DNA of 64,000 bases, taken from positions 455,269 through 519,268 of the forward strand of contig DASPLQ010000012.1 in assembly GCA_035627515.1 (NCBI GenBank). Direction: 5' to 3'. This document shows positions 8,776-17,726 of the stretch, piece by piece. Source of the stretch: Vitreimonas sp. GTDB taxonomy: Bacteria; Patescibacteriota; Microgenomatia; UBA1400; PJMF01. Under the pieces are notes generated by a model. That model had not been told where the DNA came from and searched no databases. It was given only the letters and a program-made list of their open reading frames with translations. Each line of letters opens with the position of its first letter. The first letter of the stretch is position 1. A program made the translations under genes and the position numbers.

Positions 8776-9512
8776 AACGAAGGTCTTTCTGTAACTACTA
8801 CTGGGTGGGTCGGAAAAGTTACGGTAAAGGTACTGCCTCTATTTTCTTGTGAATGAAACTCAATGGTAGCCGCTATCATGTCCACTAATAATTTAACTAT
8901 GTACAAACCCATCCCCGAGCCATCAGCTTTAGCCTTGATATTATCAGCTCTAAAAAACTTTGTAAACGTTTGAGACTGCTGGGTTAATGGGATTCCATAT
9001 CCGGTGTCTGTAATCTGCCATTGAATGTCGGCCGCCGTGCTTTTTAGTTTTACGGTGATCTGGCCATCAGCAGGGGTGTATTTAATGGCATTAGAAATCA
9101 GGTGCCTAAAAATAATCTTTACCACCTCTTCAGGATATGGCACTGGTGGCAGGTCGGTTTCATATTCCTCACTCACGTGCTGGTGCGTGTTTTTACCCCG
9201 GAGTTGCAGTTGTTCGGAAATGACTTGCTGTGAAAGGTGAGCCAGATTTATATTCTCCGGTTGGGGAAGTACATGGCCAGCTTTTAAGGTGGCAGAGTGC
9301 AAGAGGTGAGTCAGAACATCGCTGAGACGACGATTGCTGTCATAAATAGAGAGCACATGGTCGTATTGTTCAGGTGTGAGGGGGCCAATATCTCCTGCCA
9401 GTAACAGTTCAGTTAACCATGCCACAGATGAAATGGGGGTTCGTAACTGATGGGAGAGGTGAGTGAGAAATTCTAGTTGGGTACTATCGACGGTGGAGGA
9501 AGAGACGGACAT
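8772..9512 (-). CDS. Sensor-less cytoplasmic histidine kinase (HisKA + HATPase)
   Basis: SHQLRTP H-box, NAIKYT N-box, DTGYG, GSGMGL; no input domain. ATG 9512 chosen as start. Confidence 0.85.
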   Translation of the reverse strand: MSVSSSTVDSTQLEFLTHLSHQLRTPISSVAWLTELLLAGDIGPLTPEQYDHVLSIYDSNRRLSDVLTHLLHSATLKAGHVLPQPENINLAHLSQQVISEQLQLRGKNTHQHVSEEYETDLPPVPYPEEVVKIIFRHLISNAIKYTPADGQITVKLKSTAADIQWQITDTGYGIPLTQQSQTFTKFFRADNIKAKADGSGMGLYIVKLLVDMIAATIEFHSQENRGSTFTVTFPTHPVVVTERPSL

Positions 9513-9540
9513 ATGATTGTGTGTGACGCGTGACCTACTT

Positions 9541-11406
9541 TTAATCCAGTGAGACCTCACCTTTTTTAGCTATCATCCCAGTCACCGGCAAACTAAACCA
9601 AAAAGTAGTGCCCTTATTTTCTCCCGATTCAAACCAAATCTTTCCTCCAGATGATTCAATGACCGCTTTTACTAAATACAAACCTAAGCCAGTGCCATCT
9701 GACTCAACCTTGACAACATTTTCAGCCCGGAAAAACTTTTGGAAAACTTTATGTTGTTGTTCTTTAGGAATCCCATATCCAGAGTCAGTGACCTGCGAAA
9801 TGATTTGATCATCTTTTTTAGAAATGATGACCGTAACTTCTCCACCAGGTGGGGTGTACTTAATAGCATTAGTTAGTAAGTTCATGTAGACATGACTAAT
9901 TAATTGAGGATCCACATTTATGATAGGTAAGTCCTGATGAGCACTAATGATTAAATTGTGTTTTTTCTCTTGGACTTTTACGTCTAACTCAGTGGCTACT
10001 GTTTGGACTAATTTTAATAAATCAGTTGGTTTGGGATCGACAATAATGCGTCCTGACTCAATGCGCGAGATGTTCAGGAGTGAATTAACGAGTTGAATCA
10101 TGCGTTCCGTAGAGTCAGCAATGTTTTGGGCAAAGTCATGTTGTTCGGCTTCAAGTTTACCGGCATCACCAGCCAATAGCATCTCAGTGAACCATTTGAT
10201 AGCAGATAAAGGAGTACGGAGCTGATGGGAAGCTAGGGAAATAAACTCGGTCTTCATTCTATCGACTTCTTTTTCGTGCGTGATGTCACGAATGATCGTA
10301 ATCGTCCCAATGATCTCACCTTTTTTGACTACTGGCGTAGTGGTGATACTGACGTAGTGTTTATTGCTATCATAATCAATGACATAGCTGCCTTTAATTT
10401 GTTGACCGGTTTGAAGAGCTGTGCTAATTGGTTGAGCATCGGCGGGGACCAGTTGCTGTCTCTCATCAGTAAGGACCATGACGTCATTAATACGTTTACC
10501 TTCTGGATGAGGATCTTTGAGTTTGATGATTTCATGCAAGCGTTGATTAGTGAGCTGAATCCGACCTTCTTTATCAGTCACGATCATGCCATCACCAATA
10601 CTGACCAACATGGCTTCATCTTTTGCCTTCTCAGCTTCGATTTCAAGAATTTTAGTTTCCAACTGCCCGGTGCGTTCTTTAACTAAGGCTTCTAATTTAT
10701 CGCGAGTGGTGTCCACTTCGGCTCGCATTTTTTCAAAAGCAGTGGCCAACTCACCAATTTCATCATGAGTAGTAATAGGAATGCGAACTTTAAGGTTGCC
10801 CTTTTGCATTTCAAGTGCTGCTTCCTTCAAATGACGAATGTTACGAATCACTACTTGGTCAAGGAGAAGGGAAATCAGTACGTAGGCAATTACCATGCCA
10901 GCCAAAGTCAACAGCACCACAAAAATGATGAATTGATTCAAACGCTGAGCAGATTTGTCATTCGATAAAGCTAGGTGAGCGGCTGCCACTACTTTATTAT
11001 TAACCACTACTGGCGAAATGGCTTCTAGAACAGCCTCTCCCTCATGGTACTCATTTTTAATAGTTTCTATGCCATTAAAAGCGTTGTTAACTTCGTCAGC
11101 TTCATCTGCCGTTAATAAGGTTTCAGGCAAATTTTCAGTGGAGTAAATAACGGTATGGTCAGGTTTGAGTATTTGGGCAAAATTAACTTTCTCATCTAGG
11201 AGTGCTTCGAGCTTTCGCCGATCATTAGAGCTCTCAAAACTGAGATCACCACTTTCTAGAAGTGTAATGTAGGTAGAAATTCTATCAAATAACAGTTGTC
11301 TCTCAGTTTGGCTTTTGTTGCGAATGGTCATGCCACCAATCACCATCAGCACGATGAAGACGGGCACCAAAGTTAAAAGCAGAATTTTATTTTTAAGACT
11401 CAGCAT
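9541..11406 (-). CDS. Membrane sensor histidine kinase (HAMP-PAS-HisKA-HATPase)
   Basis: 2 TM; HAMP (DEIGELATAF); PAS; SHQLRTP; NAIKYT; GTGLGL. Confidence 0.92.
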   Translation of the reverse strand: MLSLKNKILLLTLVPVFIVLMVIGGMTIRNKSQTERQLLFDRISTYITLLESGDLSFESSNDRRKLEALLDEKVNFAQILKPDHTVIYSTENLPETLLTADEADEVNNAFNGIETIKNEYHEGEAVLEAISPVVVNNKVVAAAHLALSNDKSAQRLNQFIIFVVLLTLAGMVIAYVLISLLLDQVVIRNIRHLKEAALEMQKGNLKVRIPITTHDEIGELATAFEKMRAEVDTTRDKLEALVKERTGQLETKILEIEAEKAKDEAMLVSIGDGMIVTDKEGRIQLTNQRLHEIIKLKDPHPEGKRINDVMVLTDERQQLVPADAQPISTALQTGQQIKGSYVIDYDSNKHYVSITTTPVVKKGEIIGTITIIRDITHEKEVDRMKTEFISLASHQLRTPLSAIKWFTEMLLAGDAGKLEAEQHDFAQNIADSTERMIQLVNSLLNISRIESGRIIVDPKPTDLLKLVQTVATELDVKVQEKKHNLIISAHQDLPIINVDPQLISHVYMNLLTNAIKYTPPGGEVTVIISKKDDQIISQVTDSGYGIPKEQQHKVFQKFFRAENVVKVESDGTGLGLYLVKAVIESSGGKIWFESGENKGTTFWFSLPVTGMIAKKGEVSLD

Positions 11407-11433
11407 TTATAGTGTTGGGTGAACTCACTTAAT

Positions 11434-13032
11434 TTATTCTTCGCCACTCGTTTCATTATCAATGGCCTTCATATCTGCCACGATCCGGTTGTAAGCTTGG
11501 TCAGCTGTCATTTTGCCATCTAAAACAGCCACTAAATATTGGCGGAAATCACGAGTCATCTTTTCATATTTTTCACCCAAAATGTAATCTACTGTTTTAG
11601 AATCGTAGACATTGCCACCATATTTATTACTAATGTAGCTAATGTATTTATCAAACTGGTCGGCTTGCTGTGAACTATCACCGGATTCACTTAAATTGCC
11701 TTTGATTCCGGAAGGGCCCTTAGCATAGCGAATCCATTTTTCAGCGTTATTGGGGGTAGAGTACTCCATCAATAAACTGACAGCCTCATCTTTAACTGGT
11801 GAATTTTTCATCACAGCAAACATGGGGTTATACCCACCCATATAGTGAGTTACTGGTTGGTACATAGGCATTTCAACCGGCACCATCTTCATAGTTTTGT
11901 CTTTATCGATGCCCCGCCAGTGACTATACATCCAACTAGCGCCGCCTGAATAAAAGACAGTTTTATTATCGAGAGGATAGTTGCGAGTAGGTACCCATTC
12001 TAAAGTTTCATACTCTGCTACTAAAGGTTCATATTGCGACATGTTCTCCAGCGTGGCGAGCGTTTTTCGCAGTGCAGCGCGTTTGGTCGGGGTGAGTTCT
12101 AGCTTTTTGAGTTCCGTAAGGTCAGAAATTTCTGACCGAAACAAACCTTGGAAAAGGTTAAAGGTAGCATTGCCGTAGCCTACGGTTGCACCTTTCTCAC
12201 TGCCATTGTCATAAAAGGCGCCATACTGTGTACCGTGTTGCTTGTTATATGCTTGAATAGCTTTCAGATAGCCAATGAGATCGGCGTCAGTCATGCCTTG
12301 TTCCTTAATTTTGATCCCCATCAAATCAGTCAATTCTTTGTTATAGAAAAAAGGTTGGTAAAAACCCTCGATAAAAGGTCCCGTAATGGTCCCATTCATA
12401 TGGTTGCGGAATTGCGGGTCACTTAAAACGAAGGGTTTCTGGGTTTCTTTAAATCCCGGGACAGTTTCAAAATCAACTAAGTGATTTTTAGCCCAGTTAG
12501 GATCACTAACACCTTCAGCAACATCACTATAGTTGAAAGGTTCAATCCAAATGACGTCCCACTTGATATCGCCACTTTTGATTTGATCAATAACGGCTTG
12601 CAGAGCTTCAGCCCGACCACCTGGGAAATCAACATTCCATTGCAGATTGACTTTAATATCAGGGTGACGAGCTTCAAATTCCCGGATAATTTCTAACATG
12701 TAATCTTCGCGTTTATCTTCGCCTTTCCAGTGGCCAATCATGTTGATAGTTTTTTGTTGGGTATTGGTGGCAGTTTGAGTGGTAATTTTTTGGCGAGTGG
12801 TGATTTCGTTATTGCAGAAAAAGGAAAAATAACCTAAACCAGCAAGGAGTAATACCAGTACTGTCCCGATGCCTAGTAGTGGCCATAACGTCAATCTACT
12901 TAAAAAGCTGCCTGAGTTAGTGTCAGCAGTGTCAGAATCTGGGAGTGAAGCTGATTCGTGAAGGTTTTGTTCGTTGGGTTTTGTTTCTAAAGAATAATCT
13001 TCTTGTGAAGGTGTGGGAAGGGCAGTGAACAT
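11434..13032 (-). CDS. Membrane-anchored extracellular solute-binding protein (sugar-type ABC SBP)
   Basis: TM anchor; EFEARHPDIKV, FFYNKEL and terminal GKMTADQA are typical of carbohydrate SBPs. Confidence 0.75.
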   Translation of the reverse strand: MFTALPTPSQEDYSLETKPNEQNLHESASLPDSDTADTNSGSFLSRLTLWPLLGIGTVLVLLLAGLGYFSFFCNNEITTRQKITTQTATNTQQKTINMIGHWKGEDKREDYMLEIIREFEARHPDIKVNLQWNVDFPGGRAEALQAVIDQIKSGDIKWDVIWIEPFNYSDVAEGVSDPNWAKNHLVDFETVPGFKETQKPFVLSDPQFRNHMNGTITGPFIEGFYQPFFYNKELTDLMGIKIKEQGMTDADLIGYLKAIQAYNKQHGTQYGAFYDNGSEKGATVGYGNATFNLFQGLFRSEISDLTELKKLELTPTKRAALRKTLATLENMSQYEPLVAEYETLEWVPTRNYPLDNKTVFYSGGASWMYSHWRGIDKDKTMKMVPVEMPMYQPVTHYMGGYNPMFAVMKNSPVKDEAVSLLMEYSTPNNAEKWIRYAKGPSGIKGNLSESGDSSQQADQFDKYISYISNKYGGNVYDSKTVDYILGEKYEKMTRDFRQYLVAVLDGKMTADQAYNRIVADMKAIDNETSGEE

Positions 13033-13197
13033 AGTGGGTGTTTAATAATTTGATATTAAGTACATCATGAAGGCATCTACGTGTCAATGACACCTCCTCG
13101 AGTGTAGTGGGTGTGTATTTTTTCCTTGCATGATTTCCCGAGCTTTTTGCGACTAATTACATACAGCCATGCTATTGACGTGGCTGAGGAGGTGTTT

Positions 13198-13413
13198 ATG
13201 AGCGCACAGGAAAACTGGAGAACCAGACCAGCAACTTGTGGTCATACCGAAATGGTTAATGGCGAATTGGTGTGGATACTAGGACAAGCTCGACAAGCTT
13301 GGACCGAGAAAAAGTTTAAGGAAGAAGGGGAAGCGCGACGTCTAGCTCGGGAAGCAGCCATGGAAGACAGAGCAGCAGAACTGAACCAGGGTGAATTAGT
13401 AGACATTAAATAG
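13198..13413 (+). CDS. Small hypothetical protein
   Basis: Strong SD GAGGAGG before ATG 13198; stop codon 6 nt before idi. Confidence 0.55.
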   Translation: MSAQENWRTRPATCGHTEMVNGELVWILGQARQAWTEKKFKEEGEARRLAREAAMEDRAAELNQGELVDIK

Positions 13414-13419
13414 GAATCT

Positions 13420-13983
13420 ATGCCTAAAGATGAAGTCATTTTAGTTAACGAGCTCGATCAGGAAATTGGCACCATGGACAAGGTGGAAGCTCATCGTGGC
13501 GAAGGTAAACTCCACCGAGCGATCTCTGTTTACTTGTTTCGTGAGCGTTCTGACTCATCTGGTCCGGAGTTATTAATCCAGCAACGCAGCGCCCAAAAAA
13601 TTGTGGGAGCTGGTCAGTGGGCTAATACCTGTTGTGGCAACGTTCGTCCAGGTGAGAGTTATGAAGACTGTGCGGTGCGGCGATTGAGTGAAGAGTTGGG
13701 GATTACTGGTGTTGAGCTGCAACCACTCTATAAATTTCACTACCATGTACGGTGCAATGATGAGTTTAGCGAACGCGAAATTGATCAGGTTTTTATTGGT
13801 TTTTATGATGAACAGCCGCAGCCAAATCCCGATGAGGTGGCTACAACTGATTGGGTGAACTGGGAAAAGATCACAAATAAAAAACAGCGCTCACAGTTAG
13901 GTAAAGATATTGCCCCCTGGTTTGCAATTATGTTAGATGATCAAAAACTAATCGACAGTCTTAATCACCAATTATCTTTGTAA
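13420..13983 (+). CDS. idi: Isopentenyl-diphosphate delta-isomerase, type 1
   Basis: K..AH..G.LHRA.S, QQRS..K, WANTCCG, RRL.EELG, EREID. Confidence 0.92.
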   Translation: MPKDEVILVNELDQEIGTMDKVEAHRGEGKLHRAISVYLFRERSDSSGPELLIQQRSAQKIVGAGQWANTCCGNVRPGESYEDCAVRRLSEELGITGVELQPLYKFHYHVRCNDEFSEREIDQVFIGFYDEQPQPNPDEVATTDWVNWEKITNKKQRSQLGKDIAPWFAIMLDDQKLIDSLNHQLSL

Positions 13984-13990
13984 GGACAGT

Positions 13991-14587
13991 ATGATCACAG
14001 AAAATCGAGTTAAAACCAGTGAAGCTGCTCAACATGCCAAAGAACGAAAAGGGGTCTATTGTTACTTTGTCTTGCCCACGGGCGATGGTGATAAATTAGT
14101 CTTATTTCAATTACCAGAAGAAGATTTTAGTAATGGTGGCAAACAAGAAGGGGAGCCGGAAGTTCATGAGTACTTAATCCCTTTTGCACCGAGCATGATT
14201 AGTTTAGTCAGTGGGGGAGCTAAAGAAGAAAGTGATTTTCATAAAGATATGTTGCGTGAGATTGAAAGCGAAGCTGGTTTAGCACTTCAGCCTGGAGATA
14301 TCACTCGTTTAAGTGAGCAACCTGTTACCTCCACTATTCAAGACAGACGGGATAGAGGGACCTTTAATATTTTAGGTATTCCCTTTTTATACTCTGTCAC
14401 CCCATATGGCCTAGCAATTGCAAAGCTTCATGCTATTCGCCATAAGCAACAGATGGTGGTAGCTACGCCGGCCGAGTTGGTTAATAACGAAAAGTACCAG
14501 TTAAGACCATTTGCTCAAACGGCAGTAAGGGTGTTGCCAGAATTGATGACTAGTAAAACTCACAGTATTGCAGTTGCATCAACATAA
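13991..14587 (+). CDS. Nudix-like hydrolase (degenerate Nudix box)
   Basis: GGAKEESDFHKDMLREIESEAGL resembles GX5EX7REUXEEXGU. Confidence 0.5.
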   Translation: MITENRVKTSEAAQHAKERKGVYCYFVLPTGDGDKLVLFQLPEEDFSNGGKQEGEPEVHEYLIPFAPSMISLVSGGAKEESDFHKDMLREIESEAGLALQPGDITRLSEQPVTSTIQDRRDRGTFNILGIPFLYSVTPYGLAIAKLHAIRHKQQMVVATPAELVNNEKYQLRPFAQTAVRVLPELMTSKTHSIAVAST

Positions 14588-14609
14588 TTTAAAATAAAAC
14601 GTTTTGTAT

Positions 14610-15404
14610 ATGAAAAAATTAACTCTTATCAAACTTGGTGGCTCGATTATTACTAATAAAGAAGTACCCATGACAGTGCGTGAAGACGTGCTGACACGGT
14701 TGGTGCGTGAAATTGCTAAGGCTCAAAAAGAAACCGGTGATGTTTACATCGTGGGTCACGGCCAAGGTAGCTTTGCCCACGCGCCGGCCATGCGCTATCA
14801 AACTATGGACGGTTTTATCAAAAGTGATAGCCGGATTGGGATGGCAATTACGCAAGATAGTGCAGCGCAACTCAATCGCATTGTGGTCAAACATTTTTTA
14901 AATGAACAACTACCTGCGGTCAGTTTCATGTTTAGTAATAGTATGGTGTTGCACAAACGTGAAGCCAAGCACTGGTGTAGCCAAGTCCTCGATCAATATT
15001 TACAAAAGGGTTTATTTCCTATTACTGGTGGCGACGTAATTGTTGATGAAGACCAAGGGTGTACGATTTGGTCCACGGAGCAAGTCTTAGCATATTTAGC
15101 GGAAACGCTTCCCGAAAAAGGCTACCAAGTTGCACGAGTCATCCACGTGGCAGAAGTGCCTGGAGTTTTGGATGCTGAACAAAAAGTAGTGCCCACAGTC
15201 TGCCGGGATAATCAAACTGAAGTCAAAAAATTAATCAATGGCACTAAAGGTTTTGATGTCACTGGTGGCATGTGGCACAAAATTGAAGAGTCATTAGACT
15301 TAGCTGATCAAGGTATTGCGAGCGTAATTCTGTCTGGGATGGAGAAAAATTGCTTGTATAATTGTTTGGTGGGCAAAGATTTTTTGGGCACCTTAATTCA
15401 ATAA
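14610..15404 (+). CDS. Isopentenyl phosphate kinase (archaeal-type, amino acid kinase family)
   Basis: KLGGSIITNK, GHGQGSFAH (IPK-signature His), DVTGGM..K. Confidence 0.85.
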   Translation: MKKLTLIKLGGSIITNKEVPMTVREDVLTRLVREIAKAQKETGDVYIVGHGQGSFAHAPAMRYQTMDGFIKSDSRIGMAITQDSAAQLNRIVVKHFLNEQLPAVSFMFSNSMVLHKREAKHWCSQVLDQYLQKGLFPITGGDVIVDEDQGCTIWSTEQVLAYLAETLPEKGYQVARVIHVAEVPGVLDAEQKVVPTVCRDNQTEVKKLINGTKGFDVTGGMWHKIEESLDLADQGIASVILSGMEKNCLYNCLVGKDFLGTLIQ

Positions 15405-15422
15405 TTTTTTTACAGTATTTTT

Positions 15423-16124
15423 ATGAGTAATAACATTGTTTCTGACAAAGTACCACAACATATAGCTCTTATCATGGATGGTAATCGACGGTGGGCCAAG
15501 CAGCATAAGTTAGAAGCTTTACGTGGCCATGAGTATGTAGCAAATCAAGTCATTGAGCCACTGGTAGAACACTGTATTGCTCGTGGTGTGAAGTACCTAA
15601 CGCTCTGGGCATTTAGTACTGAAAACTGGGGGCGTGAAAAAAGTGAGGTGGAAGGTTTGATGAATTTGTTTCGCCACGCCTTCACAAAAAATGCTGAGCA
15701 ATTACATGCTAAAGGCGTGCGTTTAAACACCATTGGCGACTTGTCACGCTTTCCCATTGATATTCATGATAATATCCAAAAATGGTTGGAGACGAGTAAA
15801 AATAATCAACGAATTACTGTGACCTTTGCTTTAAATTACGGTGGTAGAGATGAGTTGGTCAGAGCTATCAATCATTTGCTCGCAGAAGGTGCTAAAACCA
15901 TTTCCGCCGAAGAGATTTCTGCTCATCTAGATACTGCAGCCATGCCTGATCCAGATTTGATCATTCGCCCTGGTGGTGAGCAACGTTTATCGGGGTTATT
16001 ACCCTGGCAAAGTGTTTATGCTGAACTGTACTTCACAGATGTATTAATGCCAGATTTTTCACCAGCTGAATTAGATAAGGCGCTGGCAGAGTATGGACAC
16101 CGAGCACGTCGCTTTGGAAAGTAA
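15423..16124 (+). CDS. uppS: Undecaprenyl/polyprenyl diphosphate synthase
   Basis: HIALIMDGNRRWA, AFSTENW, NYGGRDE, PDLIIR..GEQRLS. Confidence 0.95.
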   Translation: MSNNIVSDKVPQHIALIMDGNRRWAKQHKLEALRGHEYVANQVIEPLVEHCIARGVKYLTLWAFSTENWGREKSEVEGLMNLFRHAFTKNAEQLHAKGVRLNTIGDLSRFPIDIHDNIQKWLETSKNNQRITVTFALNYGGRDELVRAINHLLAEGAKTISAEEISAHLDTAAMPDPDLIIRPGGEQRLSGLLPWQSVYAELYFTDVLMPDFSPAELDKALAEYGHRARRFGK

Positions 16125-16158
16125 AATCTTACACCCACTTTTGCTCTTTGAGAAAACC

Positions 16159-16599
16159 TTAGAAAATGGTGACGCCGAGGATAATCTCCACGATTTGCAT
16201 GATCCAGTAAGCGCAGAATAACATCATGAAACCGAGAATAGCAGCGGTGATGCGCTGGCGACCTGAGTCAATCGATTTTTTAGATGCGGCTCCACTCAGC
16301 ATCTCGAAGCCACCCCAGACAATCATCACAAACAAAATCAGGCCGGCAATGGGGAAGGCAAATAATAAAAACCGAGAGATGAAACCACCGGGGGTGGAGA
16401 GTTCATTAGCAACCGGAGAGTTCATAAACTTCAAGGGGTTTAAGGCGTCGAGAGTAGCTTTATCAACTTTATCGAAGTCACGCAAAGCATCAGCAGGTGG
16501 GTTACTACCCATAGGACTTGCAGCCAAAATCTGGCTGGGTAAAAGCATTGCTAAAAAATTAAGTAGTATAGATAGAGCAATCAAAACACTTTTTTTCAT
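16159..16599 (-). CDS. VirB2/TrbC-like pilin
   Basis: Signal peptide; WGGFEMLSGAASKKSIDSGRQRITAAILG. Confidence 0.75.
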   Translation of the reverse strand: MKKSVLIALSILLNFLAMLLPSQILAASPMGSNPPADALRDFDKVDKATLDALNPLKFMNSPVANELSTPGGFISRFLLFAFPIAGLILFVMIVWGGFEMLSGAASKKSIDSGRQRITAAILGFMMLFCAYWIMQIVEIILGVTIF

Positions 16600-16603
16600 A
16601 GCT

Positions 16604-17641
16604 TTATGATCCAAAACCAGGAATTTGCAGGATACTAACTCCGATAAATTGTAAGCCGGCTACTGAGAATAATGTGAACAATAAACCTACCACTGCAGAA
16701 GTTAACATATCTTTGGCTTCGCTGGTGCGTTTAGGATCACCCTGACTGATAGCGAACATGAAGCCCGAACTTAGACTCAATAACACCGATGTCCCGGCAG
16801 ATACAGAAATGCCGATCTTGAGAATACTTTGAATTAAGTCAGTAGGATCAGTTGATAAACAACCCACAGCTGTCCAAATACCATCAGACTCTAAGCAGCT
16901 CGTGCATTTGCCATAAGCAGCAGTACTTTCAGGAATCTGTTTACAGAGTTCAAAGTCATAGAGTTCTGAGGAAGCTTTTGCCAGGTGGACACCACAAATA
17001 AATTCATCTTGGCCAGTGATATTGCTGCCTAAAATGCCTCTATTTCCTCGCAGTTCCAGCCGACTAATGTTGTCTTTTTTAAAGTTACCGCTTACGCCTT
17101 CCCACTCAGTGATTAAATAGCCATTATCCCAATTACACTTAAAATTTGAACTTTTACTAATTCCATCCCATTCACCTTCAAACACTTTTTCCAAACCATC
17201 TTCTAATTCACCGGTAACTGCTACACCAACAAAAGTACCTACACCAGGCACCGCAGTCCCAATGGTCCCACCAGCTATGGCTTCTAGTTCTTCAAAACTA
17301 TCATTAGTCCGTTGTTGGCTCACGTGACAGTTTTCAGTTTGTTCATCACTACTCGGTGTGGTGGCTAAGACGGCATATTCCAAAACCATACCTTTTGGTA
17401 ATTGGTGAAGGGTACTGGGTTTGCCGTCGTCCGTAGAACCTTGGGTTTTATAAATAATATCTCCGGTCTTAGTATCACGGAAAATAAAAGTACAATTACA
17501 GGCAGCAGGATTGGTGCTACAACCAAAATCACTCATGGCTGGAGTTTCAGCAAAAACGAAAGAAGGGGTTAGCAAAAGGACACTGGGTACGAAAAGAGCC
17601 ACCAAAAAACGAGCAAGTGAGCGAAAAACTTTTCTTGTCAC
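16604..17641 (-). CDS. Exported Cys-containing protein with C-terminal VirB2-like pilin domain
   Basis: Signal peptide; C-terminal ISQGDPKRTSEAKDMLTSAVVG; GTG 17641 has TACAAT 6 nt upstream. Confidence 0.7.
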   Translation of the reverse strand: MTRKVFRSLARFLVALFVPSVLLLTPSFVFAETPAMSDFGCSTNPAACNCTFIFRDTKTGDIIYKTQGSTDDGKPSTLHQLPKGMVLEYAVLATTPSSDEQTENCHVSQQRTNDSFEELEAIAGGTIGTAVPGVGTFVGVAVTGELEDGLEKVFEGEWDGISKSSNFKCNWDNGYLITEWEGVSGNFKKDNISRLELRGNRGILGSNITGQDEFICGVHLAKASSELYDFELCKQIPESTAAYGKCTSCLESDGIWTAVGCLSTDPTDLIQSILKIGISVSAGTSVLLSLSSGFMFAISQGDPKRTSEAKDMLTSAVVGLLFTLFSVAGLQFIGVSILQIPGFGS

Positions 17642-17726
17642 CCCTGTATTGTATCGCATTTTTGCAAAAAAAGCCGCAATTCTTTTCAGAGCAGCTAATC
17701 TGAGTCAAATTTGATACACTTGAGGT

